DNA of 64,000 bases from Macrostomum lignano (taxonomy: Eukaryota). Positions within the stretch are counted from its first letter, which is position 1, and the number at the start of each line of letters is the position of its first letter. Below, piece after piece: positions 10,601 through 23,878 of the stretch. The stretch is from NCBI GenBank assembly GCA_002269645.1, contig NIVC01001481.1:217331-281330 (forward strand). The letters run 5' to 3'. The notes beneath the pieces were generated by a model. The model worked only from the letters and a program-made list of their open reading frames with translations. It did no database searches and had not been told where the DNA came from. The position numbers were made by a program, and so were the translations under genes.

Positions 10601-13600
10601 AAGACAGACAGACAGACAGACAGACAGACACAGAAAGTGCAAGACAAAGTACAACAAAAACAACAGAGAATATATCGAAGACAATGGGTGGCAGAGGTGC
10701 AGCACAAACTGACTACTGGTAGTTAGAAGCCACAGCTAAGCTACATAGACAGATATACACAGCAGCAACGGCAAAGAGAGACGGCAGACTACTTACCCCG
10801 GCAGGGCCGCCAATAGAATTCACTGGCACAGAAACGGCCGGCTTGACATGGTGCGCCGCGTAGGCGCCGGGCCCGGGCGCGCCGGGCGGGCCGCCGTAGT
10901 AACTGACCGCTGCGGCCGCCGGTTGCGGAATCTGCGCAACGATACGAGAAATTGGCAGAGATTCCTTGTAATACAGCAATATTCAAGGTGTAATAAATAT
11001 AAGCCGTATAGCACTTCCTACCTCAAGTACTAACCGCGATCAACTGTGCTTAACTTTCAGTGAATCACTCGCCTAGCCACCCAGCCAGGCTCAAATTTTC
11101 TAATTTACGCTCGTAAATCGCTGAGAGGTCTCCGCTAATCACTTCCGCTAGGCGCTAGCCCACAGACACTAGAATCACTCGCAAAAAATGCACTCAGTCT
11201 ACTCAGTTCTTTCAGTAGCAAAATTAGCGTTTTTATAGCTTTTATGAAAGTAAGAAAAAAATCTACAAGATATTCAGTTCCGAAGCTGAAACAAACGCCT
11301 CCGGCTTTCTACAAGCAGACCCTTTGAATCAGCATCTGTATCCTGTTTTACAGACTCCAGACTGCCTGAGCCTCGGAAATAATTCTATGGGACTAGATCC
11401 TAGATGCTTTGGAATAGAAAACTAGCAAAGTAAATCACTAATGTTAATAATTCACGTCTAAATTGGCAATATTGACCAAAAATAGTAGTAAATCTCAGGA
11501 GTCGTTAAACCAGCAAAGCAGCTTGGCGTAACAGGAAGCAGATTTTGTAGAGGAAAAATTGAAATTAACAAACAAGCTTATTCTATACGATCTTTAGAGC
11601 ATAGAGCAAATTAATACCAGCAACTGGCCTTGACAGGCGAGCCTTCAGGCACAAAATGAGGACATGGAAAAGCGAGTAAAAAATCTAGAGACTAAAAACT
11701 GCTTTTCTAATAGTAGTACATCTTATTAACATTTACTTTGATGTAATTTTACTATTGCAGAGTGACAAATCGAATCCCCACCCCAATCCCAGAGTGACAA
11801 ATTCAAATCTCCATCTCAATCCAAGAGTGACAATTCGAATCCCCATCCCAATCCCAGTGACAATACGAATACCCATCCCAAAGTGACAATTCGAATCCCC
11901 ATCCCAATCCCAGTGACAATACGAATCTCCATCCCAAAGTGACAATTCGAATCTCCATCCCAAAGTGACAATTCGAATCCCGATCCCAGAGTGAAAATTC
12001 GAATCCCAATCCCAGAGTGACAATTCAAATCCCCAACCCAATCCCAGAGTGACAATTCAAATCCCCAACCCAATCCCAGAGTGACAATTCGAATACTATC
12101 CCAATCCCAGAGTGACAATTCAAATCCCCAACCCAATCCCAGAGTGACAATTCGAATACTATCCCAATCCCAGAGTGACAATTCAAATCCCCAACCCAAT
12201 CCCAGAGTGACAATTCAAATCCCCAACCCAATCCCAGATTGACAATTCAAATCCCCATCCCAGAGTGACAATTCGAATCCCAATCCCAGAGTGACAATTC
12301 GAATCCCCAACCCAATCCCAGAGTGACAATTCAAATCCCCAACCCAATCCCAGATTGACAATTCAAATCCCCAACCCAATCCCAGAGTGACAATTCAAAT
12401 CCCCAACCCAATCCCAGAGTGACAATTCAAATCCCCAACCCAATCCCAGATTGACAATTCAAATCCCCAACCCAATCCCAGATTGACAATTCAAATCCCC
12501 AACCCAATCCCAGAGTGACAATTCAAATCCCCAACCCAATCCCAGAGTGACAATTCAAATCCCCAACCCAATCCCAGAGTGACAATTCAAATCCCCAACC
12601 CAATCCCAGATTGACAATTCAAATCCCCAACCCAATCCCAGAGTGACAATTCAAATCCCCAACCCAATCTCAGAGTGACAATTCAAATCCCAACCCAATC
12701 CCAGAGTGACAATTCGAATCCCAATCCCAGAGTGACAATTCGAATCCCAATCCCAGAGTGACAATTCGAATCCCAATCCCAGAGTGACAATTCGAATCCC
12801 AATCCCAGAGTGACAATTCGAATCCCAATCCCAGAGTGACAATTCGAATCCCAATCCCAGAGTGACAATTCGAATCCCAATCCCAGAGTGACAATTCGAA
12901 TCCCAATCCCAGAGTGACAATTCGAATCCCAATCCCAGAGTGACAATTCGAATCCCAATCCCAGAGTGACAATTCAAATCTCCTGCATTCCAATCCCAGA
13001 GTGACGATTCAAATTTTCATCCCAATCCCAGAGTGACAATTCAAATTTTCATCCCAATCCCAGAGTGACGATTCAAATTTTCATCCCAATCCCAGAGTGA
13101 CAATTCAAATCCCAACCCAATCCCTGAGTGACAATTCAAATCCCCATCCCCAATCCCAGAGTGACAATTCGAATACTATCCCAATCCCAGAGTGACAATT
13201 CGAATACTATCCCAATCCCAGAGTGACAATTCAAATCCCCATCCCAATCCCAGAGTTACAATTCGAATCTCCATCTCCAATTCCAGAGTGACACTTCGAA
13301 TCCCGATCCCAATCCCAGAGTGACACTTCGAATCCCGATCCCAATTCCAGAGTGACAATTCGAATCCCCATTTTCAGCCCAGTAAAGTGCTGGATTAGAG
13401 CCTTCCCAGCTCAAAATGACGCATTAAAGGTGGAGATAAAAATATCCCAAAAACCAACAAATTTAAAAGGCTAAATTGCTATTAATCACAAAAACTGAAC
13501 TATAACAGCGGGAGAATAATAGGAAAATGAAACAGAATTATTTCATAGTTGGGCAGCAACAAAATCTTACTGTCTTGATAATTATTTGTGACGAAGCGTG

Positions 13601-14133
13601 CGGCAGCTGGAAACGGAACAAAGAGCAAATAATACAACTATACATTATACACTATAACTATACAATAATACATTAATACAACTTAATTTAAGTGACAATT
13701 TTAGCCTTTAGGAGTCTATATAATACTTTACATGCATATTCGATTCCTTTTTAAAACGTCTATTTAAAAAAGTGAATTACACAACATATCGGCGATATAT
13801 AAACAATTTTGTAAAAGACGGCTATTTAATTAACAATTCGTTTTTAAATCAATCAAGTTTTGTTGCCAATTTTTAGATTAGAGGGCATTGCTCGATTATA
13901 ATCAGAGTCGCTGAACTCTAATTAGATGACGAGGCAATTTTTACCTATTTAAATTTGAGATTTATTACTCCGGCCTTTTACCCCATTAACAGATGTCACA
14001 ACAGCTTACCGCTTGAAATTGCACAGTCGGAATTGGATGCTGGCCAGGCTGTAAAGCGTATTGATGCCCCGACATCGGCTCGGTAGTGTAGCCGATCATT
14101 GTAGGCGCCTGCTGAATTGACATTGGATGCTGT

Positions 14134-14174
<41 letters not shown>

Positions 14175-17100
14175 CTGTTGTTGTTGTTGCTGCTGTCGCA
14201 TGCTAGCCTGCACATCGGCAAGAAACTTGATCTGATCTGGCGGTATAGTAGCCACAACGCGATTCAACTGCGGCTCGTAGCGGGCTACTAAACAGCGGGC
14301 AAGATTTGGTCCGTTGCGGGTGTTCTTCAGGTCGCACAGTATCAGGCCCATCTGGGAATTCAATTGTGAATTAGATTATATGCAGATAGTTGAATACCTG
14401 TCTCTGAAATCTATAGTGCACCTGTTGAATATCTGTCACTGAAATCTATAGTGCACCTGTTGTATACCTGTCACTGAAATCTATGTGTACCTGTTGAATA
14501 CCTGTCACTGAAATCTATTTTTACCTGTTGAATATCGGTCACTGACATCTATTTTTACCTGTTGAATATCAGTCACTGAAATTTATTTTTACCTGTTGAA
14601 TATCAGTCACTGAAATCTATTTTTACCTGTTGAATACCTGTCACTAAAATCTATTTTTACCTGTTGAATATCAGTCACTGAAATCTATTTTTACCCGTTG
14701 AATACCTGTCATCACTGAAATCTATTTTTACCTATTGAACACCTGTCACTGAAATCTATTTTTACCTGTTGAACACCTATCACTGAAATCTATGTGCACC
14801 TGTTGAACACCTGTCATTGAAATCTATTTTTACCTGTTGAACACCTGTCACTGAAATCTATTTTTACCTGTTGAACACCTGCCACTGAAATCTATAGTGC
14901 ACCTGTTGTATACCTGTCACTGAAATCTATGTGTACCTGTTGTATACCTGTCACTGAAATCTATGTGTACCTGTTGAATATCTGTCACTGAAATCTATAG
15001 TGCACCTGTTAAATACCTGTCACTGAAATCTATTTTTACCTGTTGAACACCTGTCACTGAAATCTATTTTTACCTGTTGAACACCTATCACTGAAATCTA
15101 TGTGCACCTGTTGAACACCTGTCATTGAAATCTATTTTTACCCGTTGAATACCTGTCATCACTGAAATCCATGTGCCCCCCCCCAAGCAACAGAACAATT
15201 AACAAATAAAGCACTCACATTCGGTCCAGTCACATTGGAGACCGGAGCGGTAAACATTTCAATAAAAGCCGGCATCTCCTCACTATTGACGGGAACAATG
15301 TGCACCCGGTGAGCGTTCTGGAAGTTTCTAAAATATTCCTCAATAGTGGAATGAATTTCGCCTTTCAATAAAGCGCACGTGGCCACTTTTCTGCCCTGCT
15401 CGAAGCAATGGAAATTCCACGGATTAGCCGGCTGATCTGGCGGCGTGAAGTCTAAAAATCTGATCGTGAATTGCGACTGGCCAGTCTGGGGCCGGCTGGA
15501 GGATTGGCTGAATTCGAACCGGCCCTGCCACATGATGCGAGGCACTACTTGTTGCTGCTGCTGCTGATGTTGCTGCTGCTGCTGATGTTGATGCTGCTGC
15601 TGCTGTTGCTGCTGCTGCTGATGTTGATGCTGCTGCTGCTGTTGCTGCTGCTGTTGATGCTGCTGGTGCAAGCTCTGAAAATGATTCTGCTGCTGCGTGG
15701 GCGGCACCTGAGGCGGCTGCTGCTGCTGCTCGATTGAAACAGGAGCAAGTTCAATAGACGGATGTTGCTGATGCTGCTGTTGTTGTTGAAGCTGCTGTTG
15801 TTGCTGATGCTGTTGAAGCTGCTGTTGCGATTGGTGAGGCTGCGAATGTCTGAAAAAAAGCATGCGAATTTTGATATGCCACTGAAAGAAAACATGACCA
15901 ACAGGACATGTTTGAAGTAAAGTAGGACCTATTGAAGGACATTATGACCCATTAAAGAACAGTATGACCATATTGAAGGACAGTATGACCACAATGAAGG
16001 ATAGTAAGACCCATTAAAGAACATTATGACCCATTAAAGAACATTATGACCCATTAAAGAACAGTATGACTTATTAAAGGACAGTATGACCCATTTAAGG
16101 ACAGTGACAGTAACCAAATTCAAGGACATTATGGCCCATTGAAGGACAGTATGACCACATTAAAGGACAGTATGACCGCATTCAAGGACAGTATGACCGC
16201 ATTCAAGGACAGTATGACCACATTGAAGGACAGTATGACCACATTGAAGGACAGTAGGGCATTGTAGGATAGGATAGATAACCTCTGTATGATCTACATA
16301 AAATACAGAATGACCACCTTGTATGACAGTATGACTTTTTAAAGTTCAGAATGACCTTCAAGGACAGTATGATCGTTTTGAAGAACCGTATGATCACTGT
16401 AGGACAGTATGAATACTATGACACCTGAAGGACAGCATGACCATTACAAGCATGGTTATGAATGAAGGATCAAGTGCCGCGAGATTTACCTGGCCGTGAA
16501 AACCGCAGGCGGTATTCGCACCAGTTCCCATCTAGGACTGCACTTGGCTTTATCCAAAGTTGCCGACAAGCCCTGTTGATTGACCTTATCGTAGAGTTCA
16601 ATCAGCTGATCATTGCGCCTCGGCGACAGCACGGCCAGGGTGACGGACTGCGAGCTGAACGCGGCCTCCAGAGCTGAGATTCCGTCCGCGGATAGTCGGC
16701 TGTGCACCACTAGGAGGGCGTGACGCCTTGTTGACGGGCACCGGCCGGCTCGATACTCCGCTAGGGAGGCGAACTCTTCGGACACCAGCTGGGCTAGCAG
16801 AGCGGAGCTGACGCATTCCTCTCTGCGGACAGGGGGCGCGAAATTCATCTTCTAGAGGTAAGACAGGCGGTAGGGGTAACGTTGTGAAACATTCACCAGA
16901 CAGAAGGCCTGAGGGCGCAAATGGGAAAGTGGAAGGGTATGCAGAGAGAGGAGGGTATAGACAGGGTGTGCAGGGAGAGGAGGGTATGGAGAGGGTGTGC
17001 AGGGAGAGGAAGGTACAGAGAGTATTCAGGGAGAGGAGGGTATGGAGAGGGTGTGCAGGGAGAAGAGGGTATAGAAAGGGTATGCAGGGAGAGGAAGGTA

Positions 17101-19044
17101 CAGAGAGTATTCAGGGAGAGGAGGGTATAGACAGGGTGTGCAGGGAGAGGAGGGTATGGAGAGGGTGTACAGGGAGAGGAGGGTATGGAGAGGGTGTACA
17201 GGGAGAGGAGGGTATGGAGAGGGTGTACAGGGAGAAGAGGGTATGGAGAGGGTGTGCAGGGAGGAGGGTGTGCAGGGAGGAGGGTGTGCAGGGAGGAGGG
17301 TATGAAGAGGGTATTCAGGGAGAGAAGGGTATGCAGGGAGAGGAGGGTATAGAGAGGGTATGCAGGGAGAGGAGGGTATAGAGAGGGTATGCAGGGAGAG
17401 GAGGGTATAGAGAGGGTATGCAGGGAGAGGAGGGTATAGAGAGGGTATGCAGGGAGAGGAGGGTATAGAGAGGGTATGCAGGGAGAGGAGGGTATAGAGA
17501 GGGTATGCAGGGAGAGGAGGGTATAGAGAGGGTATGCAGGGAGAGGAGGGTATAGAGAGGGTATGCAGGGAGAGGAGGGTATGTTTAACAGAGTCAACTA
17601 TTGCAATATTTGGCGGACGATAACAAAAACACGAGGGCTCAAAAGCAAGAATCAGTCGATATATATATTTTAATATTAGGCATGCACAAAGTACGTGCGT
17701 ACATTACAATCGATAAATTAAAAGGCAACTTGAGCGTGCCCCCAACCCCCCCAGCGCAGGCCAACCCCAAAACCGCAAATGCAAACTCTCAATATCAAGT
17801 CATCACAGTATGGAAAGGGTATGCAGAGAGTTGAGGGTATGCAGGGAGAGGAGGGTATGGAAAGGGTATGCAGAGAGTTGAGGGTATGCAGGGAGGGGAG
17901 AGTATGGAGAGGGTATGCAGGGAGGGGAGAGTATGGAGAGGGTACGCAGAGGTAGGTGAGGAAGATGTGTGAAAATGAAACTCAAGCGGAAACCTGTGCG
18001 GGTCCGGGTAGCGATCGAATTGGGCAGCCTCCAGCAGCTTCATCACTCGATGAATCATCGGAGTGCGATCGCCGAGCCTGTCGCTGAAGGACTCCTTGGC
18101 GATGTCCCGATTGAATGAGACGACGCGAAATAACGAGGTGAACTCGTCGCAGCCGAAGTCAGACTTAAGGCCCTCGGCGCCATTGAGACTCTCCAAATAG
18201 GGCTTGATATAGTGCTGCAGTGCATGGCTCATGTACCTGCGAGGATTGCGTCATTGCGTCGTGGTGATTGAAATCAATAATAGACTCCCAAATCTCCCTT
18301 CATTCAGTTGCGTCTACTCTCCCAGTCTCATCTCCAACTCCCATCTGCTCTCCCAGACTCATTCTCCAATTCCCATCTACTCTCCCAGTCTCATCCCCAA
18401 CTCCATCTACTCTCCCATTCTCATCCCCAACTCCATCTACTCTCCCAGTCTCATCCACAACTCCATCTACTCTCCCAGTCTCATCTCCAACTCCATCTAC
18501 TCTCTGTCTCATCCTCAACTCCATCTACTCTCCCAGTCTCATCCCCAACTCCATCTACTCTCCCAGTCTCATCCACAACTCCATCTACTCTCCCAGTCTC
18601 ATCTCCAACTCCATCTACTCTCTGTCTCATCCTCAACTCCATCTACTCTCCCAGTCTCATCCCCAACTCCATCTACTCTCCCAGTCTCATCCCCAACTCC
18701 ATCTACTCTCCTAGTCTCATCCCCAACTCCATCTACTCTCCCAGTCTCATCCCAACTCCATCTACTCTCCCAGATTCATCTCCAACTCACATCTACTCTC
18801 CCAGGCTCATCTTCAACTCCTATCTACTTTTCCAGACTCATCTCTAACTCCCATTTACTCTCACAGACTCATCTTTCTGCATTTATCATCAGTGTCACCT
18901 CGAGTTAATTAGTTTAACTCACTTAGTAGTGCCACTAAATACTCGAACATTCTCAATCAATAGCACAGAGTCCACTGGGTGTAGCTTAGCAGCAAATTCC
19001 TTCACCTTTTCTTCATATTTGGCAATGTTTTCAATGTGCATCAT
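7542..19044 (-). CDS. MED25: Mediator subunit 25; exons 19044-18923, 18236-17994, 16822-16490, 15849-15219, 14351-14010, 10931-10797, 8813-8700, 7778-7542; 718 aa
   Basis: All eight exons join in frame via GT-AG. The N-terminal vWA-like region (PVDSVLLIEN; HYIKPYLESLNGAEGLKSDFGCDEFTSLFRVVSFN) parallels the MED25 segment HYLLPAIEYFNGG...DFGGD...YSLVVFN as I recall it. The ACID/PTOV domain (IMWQGRFEF...RCLVARYEPQLNRVVATIPPDQIKF) parallels LAWSGVLEW...RVLMLLY...GLIPYDQSGF. Poly-Q tracts flank the ACID domain. The exon 6 acceptor could be about 36 nt further upstream. Confidence 0.85.
7860..8670. repeat. 31-33-bp minisatellite, MED25 intron 7
   Basis: Unit ATATCGATTAGAATTAACTGTGTGTTTGTACCA. Confidence 0.95.
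8910..9630. repeat. 30-bp minisatellite, MED25 intron 6
   Basis: Unit CAGCATACTGAATCATCATGGAGGGGATAG. Confidence 0.95.
10274..10632. repeat. (GACA)n microsatellite, MED25 intron 6
   Basis: Near-pure GACA repeats with GATA/GAAA variants. Confidence 0.97.
11001..11065 (-). pseudogene. Degenerate 5S rRNA-like fragment (box A/box C region and 3' end)
   Basis: The minus strand reads gtgattcactgaaagttaagcacagttgatcgcggttagtacttgaggtaggaagtgctatacggctt. The 5S equivalent is tgatctcggaagctaagcagggtcgggcctggttagtacttggatggga...gtgctgtaggctt. Confidence 0.55.
11760..13370. repeat. 26-33-bp minisatellite, MED25 intron 5
   Basis: Unit CCCAGAGTGACAATTCGAATCCCAAT, with longer variants. Confidence 0.95.
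14395..15170. repeat. 33-34-bp minisatellite, MED25 intron 4
   Basis: Unit CCTGTCACTGAAATCTATTTTTACCTGTTGAATA. Confidence 0.95.
15930..16440. repeat. 21-bp minisatellite, MED25 intron 3
   Basis: Unit approximately ACAGTATGACCACATTGAAGG. Confidence 0.9.
16930..17950. repeat. 29-bp purine-rich minisatellite in two blocks (about 16930-17580 and 17805-17950), MED25 intron 2
   Basis: Unit GCAGGGAGAGGAGGGTATAGAGAGGGTAT. Confidence 0.93.
18310..18870. repeat. 30-bp minisatellite, MED25 intron 1
   Basis: Unit TCTCCCAGTCTCATCCCCAACTCCATCTAC. Confidence 0.95.
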
Positions 19045-20059
19045 AGGTGGAAACAGAAAATTTTGCCAATGAATTTTGACAAACTATTTCAATTTCATAG
19101 GTATGATACATTATATTATCAATCATAATCATTATTCAAAAGATTAGACTATTGTAGCAAATATTGGTATGTATAAGTAAATATAACTATTCAACTATAG
19201 AGAAAACTATAAAAACTGGGCCAATGTACTTTTACATACTTTCAGACTCCTAAATCTAATAAGACAATATAAGCTTTTATAACTGGTATAAAAGTAGGGT
19301 GGTCAAATTAGACTAAGTGATCCTTACAACAATATGTGATTCTCCAATATGACTATCAATAAATGGTCATTTATGAAAGTATCAATGTGTCACACTAATA
19401 TGACTATCAAGCAACCATAGCAACTAGTTAATCTTGATTTATTCTAGCTTATTGACAATTAAATGAAAAAAACTATTTTAGTTCATTGACTATATTTAAT
19501 GCAGCAACAACTATACTTGAAAGTTAGCAAATACAAAGAACCAATAGAAAAAAAGTTCTATAGTAAGTCACTAAGCAACCCTATTGGAATAAATTCTCAT
19601 GGTCCACAGACGCGCGACAAACATCATTTGAGTGCCAGCAAACAGGTAAATAGCGGGAGTAATTATGAACACATTGCCTCGTCAGCTAATAAGTAGTTTA
19701 GTTCTGCACAGCTTGTCTATTATATTAAAATAAACAATGGGATAAAATATGACCAACTTGCCTAAGCTGTGCACTTCATTATCCTGTAAGATAATAAGCA
19801 GTTTACTATTTTTCACATGGCAGAAATTTGCAGAAAATGCAGAACTTTGTATTCCCTCTCACCTTGGCCTGCAGACTGGCAGTTATTAAAATGTTTCTTG
19901 AACTAAAACTGCTGTGAAAAATTGGCAGCTTCTCAATATTGAACAGAGTGCAGATACAGATACAGATACAGAGTACAGATAGAATTGTGGGATTAGGCCT
20001 GAATCCCAAAATTTTGAATCTTGGGATTTTGATTAGGCCTAAATCTTAAAATCACAATT

Positions 20060-20258
20060 GTCTAGGATTTGAAAATGGGGGGGCCAAGGGGGCGATGGCC
20101 CCCCCCCTTAGCTGCCTCAAAAAAAATTCTGCTCTTGGCATTTGGCCCCCTTCTAAGTAAAGAAAGGGCTTGGACCTTGGGGTGGGTTCCTACTCGGGGC
20201 AGTATGAAAAAAGTTGCCCCCCCCTCAAGAAATTCCTGGATCCGCGCCTGCCTAGGAT
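20060..20258. mobile_element. Small MITE-like fragment (G/C-run family ending in ...ggatccgcgcctg)
   Basis: GC-rich island with ggggggcc/ggcccccc arms and a CAGGCGCGGATCC-type terminus. Only one end is clear. Confidence 0.4.
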
Positions 20259-22020
20259 TGGCAAAACTTGGGATTTTGTATTCTCTACTCTAAACATATC
20301 ATAGGGCCTATTTTATGCAAATAACAAAAATATTAACCATATTATAAAATTCAATTTAGATATTTTATCTCTAACAGAGACCTAGGCCTATCTATAAGTT
20401 TCAATAACTTCATTTTCCTTTGACACTTTGAAGGATACTAATAGGCTATCTGCATAAGGTAAGCCTATGGCTATGAAATCAGTGTATTTTCATATTATCT
20501 GTAGTAATATGCAACTTTATTCTGCCACTTTATTTGCAACTTTAATTAGTCTTTGAAACACAATGTGATTACTGATTACTAATTTAATAGGCCTAGCTGT
20601 TCTGCCCATTGCATTTCAATGATAACAATCAATGCGAAGACAAAGAGTTGGCAGACCAATTGTTGTTATTGGATAGGCCTATAGCAGGGCAGGACATTAT
20701 TGGCATGGAGATGGAGATGGAGCCATGCAGATAATTTTTTGGCATACTTAAGCCTTAAAGTTAGCAGATCAATTTTAGGTCTAAGCTATACTGTCAGATG
20801 AGTGTACATAGGGCATTATTAGCACATCGCCATTCGCCATGTGGATAGTTTTTTCGTTATCGGCATAGGACTGTAGGAATAAGCACTGCTAATGCTATAT
20901 ATCAAATCATCAGGCTTTGCTTTCGCCTATCGCCTTTAGTTTTCAATAGTTTTCGGATATAGTTTACGGTTCACTAGAACATTTTGTATAAAATCTATTT
21001 GAAATTATTTTTCTTAGAAAGCTCGACAAGGTGCCGATGGGTGAAAGAACGATCGTGATAATTGTAAATATGATATTACCTTCACGTCAAAAATTATATT
21101 CTCAGCATCTATGCTTTGTTTTAATTAAACAGCGGCTAAGGTTTTAGTATAATCCTGGAGCAATTTTGGTACAGATTATATAAATATGAATGTTCTTTCA
21201 AACTTGAATCCAACCTCAACGCGGCTCAACTTAACTCAAGCCTATCCTCTGATCTTTCCTGCATACTCTGAATAATGGCCTTTGTTTGTTTGTTAAACGA
21301 AAGGGTCCTAAGGGGGACCCGCGGATCGCGGAAGGGCTCTGCCGCGAGGGGCACTGCCAGGGGCACAACATTAGCTGTTTTTAGAGCCCGAGATACCCCG
21401 AGAGAGATGGAAATTGGGCCCGGCATAAAGCGCGGGAGGGCGAAGTCGACCCAAGCCTACGGTACAAGACACCGCCAAACCAACAGTGGAATCAGGGACG
21501 GTGCTAGGACCGAATCCACCCAGGCTACCCCCAAGGACTTCTAGACTAACAGGACGTAAAACTCAAAGATCGTGCAATTTTTTGGAGGCCACGATTTCCT
21601 GGAAAAAATACACTGCGAAGATAGGAAAAAATCTGTTTTTCGTCACAAAATCTGTGATTGTATTTGATCTGGGGCAGTGAAGACTACCATTCTTTTAATT
21701 TACCATGCACAACATGTTACTCTATTATATTTTCATATAGCTATGTAATGAAGTTTTAATTTTCATATTGTTTTCACTTTATTTCATAAGCCCAAAGTTG
21801 CAAACTCACAAGTGGCATTAGCCAAATATCAAATTCAAGAAAAGAAAAGCTATTCAAATTTGTAATATAATAATATTTTTAGCCTTTAAAATAAAAATTA
21901 TAAAAGGACTAATCAATGTTTTTTCTTATAGATACCTAGTAAAAATGGTTAGGGCCTATTTTTGTGATTAAGTCTATTCTTCTTAAATCTTAGTCTTAAA
22001 TATAGGCTTAGCTTAAAAAC

Positions 22021-22885
22021 CAGTGTTGGGCAAGTTACTCAAAAAAAGTAACTTGCGTTACTGTAACTTAAGTTACCAATTTTTAAAAAGTAACTTACGT
22101 TAGCCTAGTAACTTTAGACAAAAACCCGGTAACTTTTAAGTTACTGTCCGTTACTCACTTCCGTTACCCATGTTATTAACAAAATTTTCTGCTTTTTTCA
22201 CATTGCATTTTTTTACATTGTTGTTACCGAAATTTGCCATTGGGCATTGGGATTAACCGATTAACAGACAGAGACAGCAATTGGCGACACGATGTGAGGC
22301 AAGTAGAAGGACCGATGGGCAATGGCAATCAATAATTAAAATTATAAATGATAAAATAAACGAATATCAATAATTCAATAGAGTAAAATAAATAACTGTA
22401 TAAAATGGTGTAGTGTACTGCAGTGCCAGTGGAGGGACTTGTGGAGGCTACAGACGAATTTCTTTCTTTGGTTGTTTGTTTGAATCAAACTTGAAAATTT
22501 TTAGTAAATTGAAAATGAGAAATAAAAATTGAAAAATAAAATGAAAGGCGAAAATATTTTACTGAAATTATAACTAAGCAAAACATGTTTTAAGTATTTC
22601 TTCATTAATTAAAGCGCAATACCAAATGATACTATTCACTTAATTTTGAATTAGGAATGAAAAATGCAAAAAAATGTGACAACCGGCGTAATAGCTAAGC
22701 ATTTCAGTTTTAAATTTAAATATTGCGATTGTTGCAAAGTAACTGTAACGGACTTCTGAAATTTGAGTAACTTACCGTTACTCCGTTACTAAAATAAAAA
22801 AGTAACTTGCGTAAGGAACGCTTTACGAAAAAGTAACTTGCGTTACCATTTGCAAGTTACTCGGTAACGGAAGTGCCCAACACTG
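22021..22885. mobile_element. hAT-type MITE, 865 bp, copy 1
   Basis: 12-bp TIR CAGTGTTGGGCA/TGCCCAACACTG, perfect 8-bp TSD TTAAAAAC, and many subterminal GTAAC/GTTAC motifs. Confidence 0.93.
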
Positions 22886-23013
22886 TTAAAAACTGATAAT
22901 ACAGCTTTCTCAAGCCTAGGTAACCAACCATATGAAACTATGTATTGGTAATCTATATATAATAAAAAAATCATTGTCTAAATTTAATTACTTATTAGGC
23001 TAGATAGTGTAGA

Positions 23014-23878
23014 CAGTGTTGGGCAAGTTACTCAAAAAAAGTAACTTGCGTTACTGTAACTTAAGTTACCAATTTTTAAAAAGTAACTTACGTTAGCCTA
23101 GTAACTTTAGACAAAAACCCGGTAACTTTTAAGTTACTGTCCGTTACTCACTTCCGTTACCCATGTTATTAACAAAATTTTCTGCTTTTTTCACATTGCA
23201 TTTTTTTACATTGTTGTTACCGAAATTTGCCATTGGGCATTGGGATTAACCGATTAACAGACAGAGACAGCAATTGGCGACACGATGTGAGGCAAGTAGA
23301 AGGACCGATGGGCAATGGCAATCAATAATTAAAATTATAAATGATAAAATAAACGAATATCAATAATTCAATAGAGTAAAATAAATAACTGTATAAAATG
23401 GTGTAGTGTACTGCAGTGCCAGTGGAGGGACTTGTGGAGGCTACAGACGAATTTCTTTCTTTGGTTGTTTGTTTGAATCAAACTTGAAAATTTTTAGTAA
23501 ATTGAAAATGAGAAATAAAAATTGAAAAATAAAATGAAAGGCGAAAATATTTTACTGAAATTATAACTAAGCAAAACATGTTTTAAGTATTTCTTCATTA
23601 ATTAAAGCGCAATACCAAATGATACTATTCACTTAATTTTGAATTAGGAATGAAAAATGCAAAAAAATGTGACAACCGGCGTAATAGCTAAGCATTTCAG
23701 TTTTAAATTTAAATATTGCGATTGTTGCAAAGTAACTGTAACGGACTTCTGAAATTTGAGTAACTTACCGTTACTCCGTTACTAAAATAAAAAAGTAACT
23801 TGCGTAAGGAACGCTTTACGAAAAAGTAACTTGCGTTACCATTTGCAAGTTACTCGGTAACGGAAGTGCCCAACACTG
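23014..23878. mobile_element. hAT-type MITE, 865 bp, copy 2
   Basis: Apparently identical to copy 1 and in the same orientation. It has its own 8-bp TSD, AGTGTAGA/AGTGTAGT (7/8 match). Confidence 0.93.

Noticed and set aside
11400-11735. Coiled-coil-like fragment (QASLQAQNEDMEKRVKNLETK) suggesting a LINE ORF1 remnant
   Set aside because: It is too short, broken by stops, and has no diagnostic motif.
21268-21305. Hammerhead ribozyme-like CTGA...GAAA
   Set aside because: The core is CTGAATA rather than CTGANGA and helix II does not pair. The sequence is better explained as a TSD plus tail.
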